From contig OX597838.1 in assembly GCA_951406725.2 (NCBI GenBank), forward strand, positions 41,974,001-42,038,000: 64,000 nt of DNA, given 5' to 3'. How positions within the stretch are numbered: the stretch's first letter is position 1; every line of letters begins with the position of its first letter. The position numbers and the translations under genes were made by a program. Below, in pieces: positions 51,202 to 63,299 of this stretch. Origin of the DNA: Octopus vulgaris (lineage: Eukaryota). A model generated the notes under the pieces. It searched no databases and had not been told where the DNA came from. It saw only the letters and a program-made list of their open reading frames with translations.

Positions 51202-52548
51202 GTAAGAGACCCAACAATATCATGTCGCTGTCACTCACATCTACTTCAAGCCAACAACAAAGCTTCTAATTGATCTCCTGTGTTGCTGAATCCTCTCAAA
51301 TTTCATCTTAACTTTTTGAAGTAAAAAATAAAAAAAAGTCACATTGCACAATGGAGTCTTACATACTTCTGAAAAGACAGGTTGGTCCTGAGTGGAATGC
51401 TTGTGATCAACTCACAACTAGAAAACATGGATCAGACAAAATTCATTGAAGCAGATTTTCTATAGCTTAATGTTTCCAGGTAATATTTCCTCAAGGCCAG
51501 ATATATTCTCAGTAAAGAGATTTACTTCATCACATACCCAAATTGTAATGATAATTATATTGGCCAAACAGGATTAAAATTAATAGAATGGATTAGGGTA
51601 CATATGCAACAAATCAATGACTCATCAACTATGGATGATCCACGTAATGATCCACATATAGGCATTTATACAACTGGAAAATTGAAAATATTGTCTTTTT
51701 TTCATAAGAAAGGAAAAAAATGATTAACTATGAAAGACAAAAGAATGTCATAAGATTTCTAAACCTGAGACTCAACAGGAAATAGTCAATACCAATGTGT
51801 GTCTGGAAATATCTCTCAAAAGATTTGTCAGTCTGCATTTTTTAAAGATTTTTTTTTCTGTAATAGTTTTTGATTTAAGAAACTCTTTCATTAAAGATAT
51901 ATATGTAAATATGTGTGATTGTGAGGGTAGGCGACAAGGAGGGTGTTGGGCCATAGAAAATCTGCCTCAGTAAACTCTGTATGACTCTTGCAAGTGTAGA
52001 AAAGTGTATGTTTAAATGATGATGGTGTTCGTGTTTACATTGATGCTCCTCTGAAAATTGCCAGCTACGAATAGTAATGTCCTTTCTCCTGTCAACAAAT
52101 TGAAGATGTGAAATATGAGATCCCTTGCTCAAAAGCAAGAGAAGCGTTAGTGACAGGAAGGCTGTCCAACTATAAAACAATGCATTCATCTAACCCATGC
52201 TGGCACAGGGAAAACATGTAAAAACAAATGTAAACGTTTGATTAAGCTTGATATTTTCCAGTTTATGAAACAAATTGAGTGAAATTAGCAACTAACTAAA
52301 ATCTCAAAATCTGATACGAAACAGTGGCTAATCTCCTTTCGTTGCTGGTTTTATCCATTCCCTTGTTTCATCATTATTCATTTTGCCATCTTCTTTGTTT
52401 TCTCCGTTGCATGGCATATTCATTCATTCATTCATTCATTCATTCATTCATTCATTCATTTATAAACTCTTTTTGCTTTTCCTTGTTATTCTTTCACTTT
52501 CAATCAAAAAACAAATAATTGAAAATAAATTTTTTTTTTCTTTTTCAG

Positions 52549-52609
52549 ATTCTACAAACTTCTTAATAATGGCCTCTGCGAAGTTATTCCATTTACAGTT
52601 CCAAGAAAA
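52549..52609 (+). CDS. coro: Coronin exon: (R)FYKLLNNGLCEVIPFTVPRK
   Basis: tttttcag acceptor, gtaagc donor; 61 nt; RFYKL...CE.I.FTVPRK motif. Confidence 0.96.
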
Positions 52610-53282
52610 GTAAGCAATTACCATTTTCTTTTATGGTAACACATGAAATCTAATCTTAACAAACTTAAAAATTATTTGAAGATCAGCTTTACCCCCCCCC
52701 CCCCCCGAAACGATTAAAAGAACTCTAATTTAGTTGTTGTTGAATAATGACATCCAATTCTGCTGTGGTACGAAGCTAATTAACTGAAGAATTGTTGAAG
52801 TGGATGCAACAGTGATGTATATGTTCTTTCTTGATACATTCCAACAAATTCCAACATGAATGATGCTAATCCCTATCGTATTTTATCTTCAGGGGACACC
52901 AACTCCTCCCCTACAAATGTGTGTTCCAAACACATTTTGGTGTAAACTTGTATCATTTTAAACAAAAAGTTCTTCTTTGAGGGCAAGGAACATTGTTCTG
53001 TTTGGCTCTCGTGGAATCTCACTGGTTTCCATGTGCATGGAGATTTCTTATCTGTTTAAGTGGAATTTAGCCATAATTATGGGATGTGTTGTCCTATAAT
53101 TCAGGGGTCAAAACACGGGATCTTTTTTTATTCTTTTGTTCCCATATTTCAATTGAAATACACCAACTTTGTTTAAATCAATTTTGCAAAAAATTAAGAA
53201 TTTACTAAAATAACTTCGTCATTATTAATTAAACTGTTGTTTGGTAAAAAATTAACACAAAATTTCCTTGGAAAGTTTCAAT

Positions 53283-53511
53283 TTAACTTTTTCACATTTA
53301 AACTGACCAATTCCAGCCCAAAACATTCTTCCTGTTTTATGTTCAAACTGGCCAGATCTGGCTTCTCATACCTTCTCTACAATGTCATTCTAAAAATAAA
53401 CAGTCACATCATTGAAATCTCAAAGCTACAAGATAATGTAGGATTAATTCAAAACAATGGGAATAAATAAGGATTACTTTTGACCGATTGATCTGAATGC
53501 TAAAGGCTTAA
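53283..53511. mobile_element. TTAA-flanked MITE (piggyBac-like family 2)
   Basis: Begins ttaactttttcacatt, ends aatgctaaaggcttaa. Related copies at ~34000-34201 and ~48807-49017 (ttaatcctttagcatt). Confidence 0.65.
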
Positions 53512-53658
53512 ATCATTTTGAAACACAAATTTTGTATCATAGGCCCAAGGGCAGTCTCAGGCAGGCTCCATATATAAAAAAAAAGGGTCAAAATAGTTGT
53601 ATTTCCGTTGTGTGTTGCTATGTGTCTCTTATTTGTGAAATGTCTTTTGTGATTCCAG

Positions 53659-53760
53659 TCTGAACTTTACCAAGATGATTTGTATCCAGACACAGCCGAT
53701 GAATCTCCTGCTATTTCTGCACATGATTGGTTTAATGGTAAAGATGCTGACCCCGTGTTG
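53659..53760 (+). CDS. coro: Coronin exon: SELYQDDLYPDTADESPAISAHDWFNGKDADPVL
   Basis: ttccag acceptor, gtaagg donor; 102 nt; S.L.Q.DLYPDT...PA..A..W..G.DA.P.L motif. Confidence 0.97.
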
Positions 53761-54188
53761 GTAAGGCTATCATCTTCTTTGGTACCCAGCTACAGTTTCT
53801 GGTCATCTTTTACTTAGATCACAGCTTGTCTTCCTCTTCACAAACCATTTTCGTATCAGGAATGTTTGTGGGTTTACGTGTATGTCTGCAGCCTGGCCTT
53901 GTCATGGCAAAATACATGTAAACGAGTGTTGCAACCATCATACAAGTGGTGTAATTTAGTTCCAATCATCCATACATGTCTGGTCATAGGGAAATATTAC
54001 TTTACTTGGATGGTTGGCAACAGAAATGGCAGCATCCAAATGTAGAAAATCTTCCTCAACAAATTCTGTCTGACTCCTGCGAGTTTAGAAAATTGAATGA
54101 TAAAATGATGATGTGTGTGTGTATATACACGATGTGCATACCAACGCACACGTTTATGTGTACACACATCATATATCTATATCCATTT

Positions 54189-54887
54189 ATATTAAAACAG
54201 AAAACAAAAAAAATTCTTTGGCATTTCTCATTACATATGTTCCGTTACCTAATAGGAGTTACATAGATATACATGTAAAAAAAACCATGTAAGGCATCTG
54301 CTATTAGTAATTCTTTAGATCAAGAATTAAAATAATATAAATAATTATTTTCACTCTTGATCTAAAGAATTACCAATAGATTTCTTATCATGTTTTTTTC
54401 ACATAGATACCCATGAAACATATTTAATGAGGAATATAGAATAACCAAAGAATTTTTCGGTTTGAACGGCAGTTTTTAACATAATTTCTAGGTAACTAAA
54501 AGATTTTAAACTTCATATACTGGTAGAATGTGTTTATAAAACATCTTTTTCTCTTGGCTTTATTGAGAAAATTCTGTAGTTTGTAAGATATTTGTTGTTT
54601 CTTTTTTTCTTCAATTTCTGCAATTTCAACCAATCAAATACGTCTATTGAGTTAAAAACATTCTGTGCCGTATGAAAATGTCCCTTGTTTAAGAAACAGA
54701 TCGGGTTTATTTACATTTGTGAAGAAAAAAAGATACCCTCCCCCCACCCCTAACCCTAAAATAGATTGAAATGCAATAGATCGATACTAGGGTCATAATT
54801 ATGGGTGACAATTTCATATGACACCGCTAGAAAAAACTGCTGTTCAAACTGAAAAGATCCAATTTTTCTAGTTTTCTGTTTTAATAT
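54189..54887. mobile_element. Fold-back (palindromic) element interrupted by a second MITE
   Basis: Arms pair around a loop at 54337-54343; the outer arm atattaaaacagaaaac (54189) pairs with gttttctgttttaatat (to 54887) once 54459-54868 is removed. Confidence 0.75.
54459..54860. mobile_element. ~400-bp MITE with ~30-bp TIRs and 8-bp TSD (aatttttc), Merlin-like
   Basis: Inverted copy of 62900-63299; right TIR aaaaaactgctgttcaaactgaaaagatcc; TSD at 54451-54458 and 54861-54868. Confidence 0.85.
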
Positions 54888-54891
54888 GTAA

Positions 54892-55176
54892 TTTGTTTGT
54901 TCTGTCTCAAGCCATGCCTAGCTCATAAGGGCCAATTTCCTGGTTTCATTGGCATATAGGTTCCTCACATGGATGGGACGCCGGTCTGTCACAGGTGAGC
55001 TACTAGATGCAGGTGGAAAGAGTGAGAGAAAGTTGTGGCAAAAGAGTCAGCAGAAGTTTGCCATTACCTTCTCTTGGAGCTCTGTAAAGCTTAGGTGTTT
55101 TGCTCATAAACACACACATCACCTGGTCTGAGATTTGAACCCACGAGTCCTGTGCTCTAACCACTAGACCATATGC
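54892..55176 (-). mobile_element. tRNA-derived SINE (family D)
   Basis: Minus strand: ggcatatggtctagtggttagagc A-box, ggttcaaatctc B-box, gtgtttatgagcaaaacacc CORE-like block. Confidence 0.65.
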
Positions 55177-55462
55177 CCTCTTCCTCACAAAGAACAACAT
55201 TAGTTCCCTTCTCCTTTAAACCCCTTTTTCTGGTTAAATCTATCCAAGGGTTTGTTCCATTCAGCTCCTGATTCCGCTTCTCGTTCCCTTTTGTGTTTCT
55301 CTTCATTGACCAGTAATTGCTTTGAAATAAGTATTTTTCATTATCTAACAATGTTCTCCAGTTTTTCCAACTCTCAAAAAATATATCACCTAAAAATATA
55401 CTTGGTGTTGGAAGATGTGGATGTGCTTGGATTATAACCCTGTCTGTCTGTGTTGTGTGTAT

Positions 55463-55815
55463 TTTATTTGTTTCAGTCATTTGACTGCGACCATGCTGGA
55501 GCACTGCCTTTAGTCGAGTAAATCGACCACAGGACCTATTCTTTGTAAGCCTAGTGCTTATTCTATCAGTGTCTTTTGCTGAACTGCTAAGTTATGGGGA
55601 CATAAACACACCAGCATCGATTGTCAAGCAATGTTGGGGAGACACACACACACACAAACAGGCTTCTTTCAGTTTCCGTCTACCAAATCCAAATCACAAG
55701 GCTTTGGTTGGCCTGAGGCTATAGTAGACAAAACTTGCCCAACGTGCCACACAGTGGGACTGAACCTGGAACCATGTTGTTGGTAAGCAAGCTACTTACC
55801 ACACAGCCCCTCCTC
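55463..55815 (-). mobile_element. SINE family A ending ~45 bp upstream of a coronin acceptor
   Basis: Collinear with family A consensus. Confidence 0.88.
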
Positions 55816-55859
55816 TGTATTATATTATGCAAATGCATTAATTGGTAATTTCTTTTCAG

Positions 55860-56231
55860 GTTTCACTGAAAGATGGCTTCAAATCGACTGCGAAAGAACC
55901 TCTAAAGACTGTCAGACGATCCAACATTTTGGATAAAATGAAACCAGCCGGTGGAAACGATTCTCCTCCTGCTCAGACTCCTTCCCGAGGATCACCAACT
56001 CCAGCGGCTGCTCCAGTAGTCCATGCCCCCAAACCAGAACCAGTTGTACATTCTCCTGCACCGGCTCCTGCCCCTGTCAGCAAGCCTGCTCCTCCACAAA
56101 ATGAAGTGAAGCCTGCTCCTGCCCCTGCAGCAGCAGCAGCAGAACCTGTTGTTAATCAACGACAGTCGGCCAACCTATCAAATACTCCCTCTAGCAATAA
56201 TGTGCCTGCAGGTACCCCGAGTTTACCCCCT
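55860..56231 (+). CDS. coro: Coronin exon: VSLKDGF followed by Pro/Ala-rich unique region (124 aa, ending ...GTPSLPP)
   Basis: ttttcag acceptor, gtaagt donor; 372 nt, phase 0/0. SLKDG continues the conserved coronin C-terminal extension. Confidence 0.9.
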
Positions 56232-58809
56232 GTAAGTATAACTCTCCTTATCCAGACTATATCTCAACAAATTCCAAACGTCTTTATGTTGGTGCATCCA
56301 CTTTGAAAACAGTTCCTTGCTCTTTCCCCCAGTCATAGGAAACTTGTAACTTTTTTATCTTGATACAGGTCCTGGTTCCTTTGTTTTATAATTCATTTGT
56401 TTTTTTATTGTAACTTTATGGTAATATCCATGTTCAGTCTGAGACATCCAGGAATTTTCCTTCATTCATCAAGCTAAACGATATCACATTTTCATTTTCA
56501 TAATATAAAAAAAGGCCCAGGAGGAATTTTTCTTTTTCTCCCAATCAAAATTACTAATTCATGAAACTAAATATAATAGCAATGTCATCTAAAAAGAGAA
56601 ATTTTAAGTCTACGTGGAATTGAAGAACCAAAATTTAATTTTATAATTTTATTTTAATTTCAATTTAAGTTGTTTTTGAATTTTCAGTATGTTTCCTCCT
56701 TCCTTAATGAAAAACCTCCCAGCTTATCTTCAGGATTTTATCATCTTGACTCTGATGGGCTGAGTGAATGAAATATTGGTCTGTTGTCTGTGACAAGTTA
56801 TTGCTTCAATCAAGAATTGCTTTTCTTTCATTGATTGCTGAATCACTTCATTTTTCTGTGACCCTTCTTTTTATTTCCATTGTAAAGTGGGGCCAGAAAG
56901 ACACACACACTCTCTTTCTCATACACTCTCTGACTCACACATGCATACATATACAAACACACATTTCAATTTAACATTTATCAAAAAAAAAAAAAATCAA
57001 GAATGGTAAGTTTAAAATCAAATTTTCAAGTTATTCTATTGCAGGTAGGTCGGACCTGTAATGAAAGAAGTAGATTTATACAAGTAAAAGGCAACATGAT
57101 GGCATCTGTGATCTCTCAAGGGTTGTTTCACTAACCATATCACAAGATATTTGGACATGTGGATGGAGGTTAGGGTCATTGTACAAGAACTAAAGATGTC
57201 TCTTGGAGTCTCCAAAATGACGAATGTATTTCTCAACAGCGAAGTGTGAAAAGAAGGAAGATATGGAAGTTAACCAATCCCTTAATCACTAATAAATGCT
57301 GGGTAATGCCAAGGGACTGGATTGGTGTGTCTAAGGATGATGTATTTTAGCCACTGGTCAGTGGTATGAAGAGAACAACAAAAGTAAATGAGAAGCAGAA
57401 TCAGAAGCTAAATGGAACAAGACATTGGATAGATTTAACCAGAAAAAGTGGTTTAAAGGAGAAGGGAACTAATGTTGTTCTTTGTGAGGAAAAGGGCTCA
57501 GAAACCCTTTTGGATTTGCGAAGGCAATATGTTTCAATCGACCAAGATTTTAAAGTGAAGAGTCTTTGTGACGGGGAAGACGTTATTGATGTAAAGTTAG
57601 GTGTGTGTGTGTGTGTTCAGTGAAGTCTGTAAAGGTTCACCAAAGTTGTTCTTGTAATATTTGTTATAGTTCTTGAAGTAATTACATCAGCATTCAAGAC
57701 TGGAAGTTCTTTGCAACTTTTCTATGCCAATGACCTTTGACCGAGTTCTAGATGAATCTCTGGAACAAACTCATTCGTGTCCAAAAGTCTAAAGATCAAC
57801 ACAGCCAAGACCAATTTGCAATGGAATCTTGGAAATTTCATTTGTTTTTGTTATGGTGTTAAGAGGAAGGAACTGGGCCTGTGACTTTCATCGACTGTCC
57901 TTGATTGATCAGATTGGTGTGATTGATGTGATTGATGTGCAGCTTTAACAGATGCGAGTCAAGTTGAATATTGCAGGGGAAGATTTGGAAGGAATGGTGT
58001 TAGTGGTTAGTGCTTTCTTAAGAGTGGCCCCCTCCAAGACATAAGCAGGTAATATGATGGTATGTACTAAATGCCAGGAAATACAGGGGCATCCCTGATT
58101 GACAGGGAATTGTATGACATCAGATGTAATAGACATGATGAAATCAGAGTAGGACTAATCACCGTGTCAAGTCCATCAATAAATCTGACGGCCAATGGCA
58201 TCGTTCTTGGTTTTGGCCAACTTCATGATCTGGAAATGGATGTAACAATGTATTATTGTATCAACCAGACTATCAGATGTTGTTATACATCATTGATCAC
58301 AATGCGCTTCCTTGCATTGTTGTAACTTTCAAATAATGCCACCCGGTTGTGTATGTGGGTAGGGCTTTGGCTTATAATCGACCAAGATCACCTACACCCC
58401 ACCCCAAACAAAATGGCAGCCCGGCACAGGGCCACTCGGTTATGACAAAATGAACTGGGGGTAACATGAAAGGAAGTGTTTTGGTCACCTCCAGGTCTTG
58501 GAATCACTACCATGATCTTGTTGTGGTCAGTGCAACACCATGACCACCTGCTCGTGCACCTTCACAAAGCAATATTCTCCATCAGACCAACATGGTTTCC
58601 CTTTTTTTTTTCCTATTTTGAATGAATACAAAATCCAATCGGTCAATCACCTGCACATTACTGCCATCTTGCTATTCTGCATGTGGAATGATGCATCGCC
58701 ACTCATGTGGATTTCCATGTCATGCTCTGGCTTTACCTCTGGGATTGTCGTACACCTTGTTCTTGCATATTCCGATTGTTGCAGTCTGTTGGAGGGCCAA
58801 TGGCTGAGT

Positions 58810-59176
58810 GCTTGACACTTGCCAACATTAAACAGCATATTCTTTTCTTCTACTCACCTGGATATTGCCATTCAAATTTTCCTGTAGTTTTGATGTGTCT
58901 TCAGGGACCTTAATCACTTGTGATACTTTCGTAGCATCAGTGGAGGAGGTGGTAAGACTGAGAGATTGTATGGTGGAAGGCAGGTCTGTCAGAGCCACCA
59001 CGAACAGTGGTGGCCTCTGTACAGTTCCCTGAGGGATTCCACTTGGCAGTAATGTCTCCTCACAGAAAGCCCCTTTGGCTGTGATTGTCTGATTTCTGCA
59101 GCCATTTATCAGCAATGCCAAGGTCATGCAGTTGTGATATATCATTCCAAGATCAACTTTATCAAAGGCCTTGGCT
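58810..59176 (-). mobile_element. Decayed CR1/L2-type LINE reverse transcriptase fragment
   Basis: AKAFDKVD...SGIPQGTVQRPPLF...TDATKV...LQENLN...FNVGKCQ; the catalytic FADD motif has degenerated. Confidence 0.85.
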
Positions 59177-60066
59177 GTGTGTGTGTGTGTGTATGACTGT
59201 ATGTGTAGTTGTATGTCATATATATATATATATTGTATAGTATAGTATGTGTAAAATAAAGTAGAACTTCTGCCCTGTTTTTCGTGTCCTGTTGCCCCAA
59301 TCAGAAGACGGCACCTCTTTATTTCTATCTCATAATGTCTTTCAGTGAAGATGACAGTCCACATTCTGTGATTGATGTCCTGTCTTCTAGGATCCTTGTT
59401 TTCAATAACGAGTGTCGTTTCATTGTTTCTAGTTATTCTGAAATTTGAATACGCATTGATTGCTGACAAAGTGTTTTATTCTCAAAATTGATGATTGTCC
59501 TCCTCTAACAAGTGAACTACCATTGTGTGTGTGTGTACTCTCTCTTTCTCTCATATATATATATATATATATATATGTAAAAAATGTATGTGTATGCAAG
59601 GTCTATCAAAGAAGACACCAGATGTTTTAAGAAAACAAAATTTATAGGACTCTTCTTTCAAAATATTTCCTTCTACCATGGATAAACCATTTCCAGTCAC
59701 ATTTCCACTTCGGAATGCATTTTCCAAAGTAATTTGTAGTCATTTTTCATCTCTTTTATTTCACACCAACGACTTTTCAGGCTGGATTTCAACTTTTAAA
59801 AGAACAAAGTTTGTCTACGGATGCCAAATTGAGAAAACGGGACTGTTGGAGTAGAAGAATCTTTTGGAACTTTATCAAACTGTCCTGGATAAGGACTGAT
59901 AAGTGAGCAGTCGCATTCCATGGTGTAGCATCCACGTTTTGCTTGTGTATGTTTGTGGAATTCTGTTCTTCCCAAAACTTCTCTGAAATACTGCAGGACA
60001 TCCAAGCAAACCTCTTTACTGATTATCTGACCACAAGCAACAAACTCATGAACAGAAACCCTTATT

Positions 60067-60097
<31 letters not shown>

Positions 60098-60491
60098 GTG
60101 TTTGACCATTTGATTCAGCCATGTTCTTTGTAGGTAATCATATATACCTGTCAATCAGGCTTACTTCCACTTCACTCCCACACAAGATACACACCTTATC
60201 TCTACCTCCAGTTCTTAAACCAATATTTCCATGGAAACCAAAAGCAAAACTGGGAATTTTTAGCCTGATTTCTCTATCAACTTCTTCATTCTTTTTCTAG
60301 CTTCACCTTCATTTTGCTTTCTCTCTCTCTCTCTCTCCCCTCTCCCCCTCTCCAGGTGAATGTTTCATACCCCCACTTCTCTCTCTCTCCCCCCTATCCC
60401 TATCCTGCCTCTCCCTCCTGTCCCCTAACTACTCATTTGTCCCTTAACTTAACCCTGTTGTCGTTTGCATGTTCTTTCTCTGTCCCCGCAG

Positions 60492-60632
60492 GCATTTGAT
60501 CCGCAGACTGTTTTGGACGATATTCGAAAATTGAAACTGATCATCAAGGCTCACGAACGACGAATAAAATCCTTAGAAGAGCGAATAGCTCAGGTGGAGG
60601 CCAATGTATCAGAGGACGACGCTAACATTTAA
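60492..60632 (+). CDS. coro: Coronin terminal coding exon, coiled coil: AFDPQTVLDDIRKLKLIIKAHERRIKSLEERIAQVEANVSEDDANI*
   Basis: Pyrimidine tract plus ccgcag acceptor; heptad pattern; R-I-x-x-L-E trimerisation motif at 60561-60578; TAA at 60630-60632 followed by U-rich 3' UTR-like sequence. Confidence 0.88.
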   Translation, partial: AFDPQTVLDDIRKLKLIIKAHERRIKSLEERIAQVEANVSEDDANI

Positions 60633-62119
60633 AAAGTACATTTTGACATCTTTTGGGTTTTGTTTGTTTTGTTTTTCCTTTTAGCCTGATTTCCTTTCTT
60701 TCCTTTTTCTTTCTTTTCCTGTTTTTTTTTTTTAATTTGATTGCTTTTGGGTTATTATTTACTTATCTTTATTATAAAAAAATATTTTGTTTTGGGTTCT
60801 GTTGTAGAACTGCCTGGTTTTCAAAATGTACGTCTGTTTCCAACATAGATAACGAGATACAACCGTTCATTACTTCTACGATTCTAAGCAATTTGTTGCA
60901 ATACAAACAGACGTACACAACAAATTCCTCATTTACTGGGCAATTCTACAAATGAGCCTTTGTTTTTCATTTTATCTTTAGTAAAAATTAGTTATGAGCT
61001 TGCATGGTAACTGACAAATTGTGTGCGAGTTGTTTCTAGAGATTTGAATATATTTTAATACACACACACACACATTGACAAGTCAGGAAGCTAAAAGCAA
61101 ATAGTTTCCTTTATTAAGATAACTCTTTGGTAATAGGATCAAGAAAGTCATGATAAAGTTTAAGTTTAAATGGTAAATCCACCAGCAAATCTGTTGGTAA
61201 CTTGCTTCAATTCCTAATTGAAGTTGTTTAACTTGTGTTCCTTATACTTTGAAGAAAACCTGAACATCTCTTTCCCAAATACTCGGTGAATTTATGAAAA
61301 ATCAAATTAATTAACATGAAAATGTTCTGAAGAATTATTTTAATACCACTACAATGAAAGATTGAAATGTATTCTATAGATTTTGGGAATATTTTTTCCG
61401 CATCTTGGTTAGGATGAAATAAAACCTTTTCTCATCTCGGAGCATCATACTTTCTTTGAAAATGGACAGGCATTGCATCTTTGATCTCTCGTTTCTTATC
61501 ATTAGTTGCATTTCATAACATTTTCTTCTACACTCTGAGATATTAGAATCTTCTTTGAGATCTCTCTCTTTCTCTCTCACACGCTTCCAAATATAAACCA
61601 ATTAATTTATTCCAATATCATCTCAAAGACTTAGTCTCATGAAATTGTGGAGTTTGTCTTCTTGGATTATGTTGATGATGTCTTCTCTTCAGATTTTTAC
61701 CTTACAATATTCCTGGTTTTTTGGCTGGTTTTATTCCTCTGCAACTGTTACTTATTTCTTTGTTCACTCTTCTTCCATTTCACTCTGTTGCTTCAAGAAT
61801 TGATTCCCATTTTAATCCAACCTCTTCCATTCTTGTGTCAGACCTGGAGACTCTGTTCTCAGTAACCATACTCTCGGAATGCTGATGACACCAGCAAAAC
61901 ACATCTTCTCTCTGACAAACCCACAGAGAAGATAATTATTAAATTACTGTTGCACGTGCAGTGAGTGATTCTGGGGGTCCTCCAAACAGGGGGAGACAAC
62001 TGCTGTGCAAATGTTAGGACAAAAATCACTCACTTTTCAGTGGCTCAGTACTTTATCAGCTTGGCCATCAGAGTACTCTTTTAGTACTTTGTCAACTTGG
62101 CATTTTTCTTTGACAAACT

Positions 62120-62510
62120 ATTCATCATCATCGTCTTTTCTTTAAGACAGATTTTCTACGGTTGGATGCACTTCCTGTCATCAACCCTCACCTGTTTACA
62201 ATTAAGGTCATATTTCCCCACAGCCAGACATGTTTCATGGAAGATTAGAAACTTATATGATGGTGACACTCGTTTACAACCGTTATGTGATGTCGAGACA
62301 AGGATGGAAGCGCGCGCACACACACACACACACACACACGTATGTGTGAGTGAGAGGCTTGCTTCTGTTCCTCTCTGCCAAATCCACTCCCAAGGCTTTG
62401 GTCATCGTGGGGCTATAGTAGAAGACACTTGCTTAAGGTGTTGTGCAGTGGGATTGAACCTGAGACCACATGGCTAGGAAGTACGCCTCTCCACCACACA
62501 CTCACCCCTG
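62120..62510 (-). mobile_element. SINE family A, variant A2
   Basis: Head at 62350-62510, (CA)n tract, tail ending gatgatgatg on the minus strand. Confidence 0.8.
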
Positions 62511-62899
62511 TCTTCACCTTTTCACCTACATGTCTCTCCTTCCATAAATGTTGCAGGTTTACCATTCATTTGATGGCATTTAGAAGATCCGAGTTAATAC
62601 AATTTGTTCTCGGGCATTAAAATCCCCTTTATTGTTTGTTTTAATCTACGTAATCTAAATCTTTAATCTTTAATGCCTCTTCCTCTTTCTTACACTTCAA
62701 TTGTCTTGCAATCTCTCTCTCTCCAATCCCTTGTTCTGGAATGATCTCTGACCGATTTGAATAATTTCATGAAATCCCAGTTATTTCAGTTGTTTCCAGT
62801 CTTCTACTGTGTCTGTTGCAAATTGTTAAACTCCTCATTGGCTCAGTCCACATGGCTGTAAACAGGTATAATGAGTAGTGTTGAATTAGTACATATTTC

Positions 62900-63299
62900 G
62901 GATCTTTTCGGTTTTGAACGGCAGTTTTTTCGAGCGGTGTCAATAATTATGACCCTAGTATTGATCTATTGCATTTCAATCTATTTTAGGGTTAGGGGTG
63001 GGGGGGGGGGAAGGGTATCTTTTTTTTTTCAGGAATGTAAATAAACCCAATCTGTTTCTTAAACGAGGGACATATTCATACGGCACAGAATGTTTTTTAC
63101 CTCAATAGACGTCACTGATTGATTGAAATTGCAGAAATTGAAGAAAAATAACAACATATCTTACAAACCATAGAATTTTCTCAATAAAGCCATGAGAAAA
63201 AGATGTTTTATAAACAACATTCTACCAGTATACGAAGTTTAAAATTTTTTAGTTACGTGGAAATTATGTTAAAAACTGCCGTTCAAACTGAAAAGATCC
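62900..63299. mobile_element. ~400-bp MITE with complete TIRs and 8-bp TSD (catatttc / cgtatttc), Merlin-like
   Basis: ggatcttttcggttttgaacggcagttttt ... aaaaactgccgttcaaactgaaaagatcc; internal ttagggttagggg. Confidence 0.88.

Noticed and set aside
58828-59469. 213-aa ORF as a gene
   Set aside because: Chance fusion of unique sequence, a microsatellite and a dead CR1-type RT fragment lacking the catalytic DD.
59781-59905. Extra coronin exon after ttttcag (AGFQLLKEQ...)
   Set aside because: Nearest donor is out of phase and the frame hits a stop; no coronin similarity. Cannot be excluded without RNA-seq.
61370-61900. Minus-strand ORF-like purine-rich stretch downstream of the stop codon
   Set aside because: Possibly an old LINE linker region, but no diagnostic motif could be confirmed.
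62986-62998. Interstitial telomere
   Set aside because: Only two TTAGGG units, and they are an internal part of a MITE present twice in the window.
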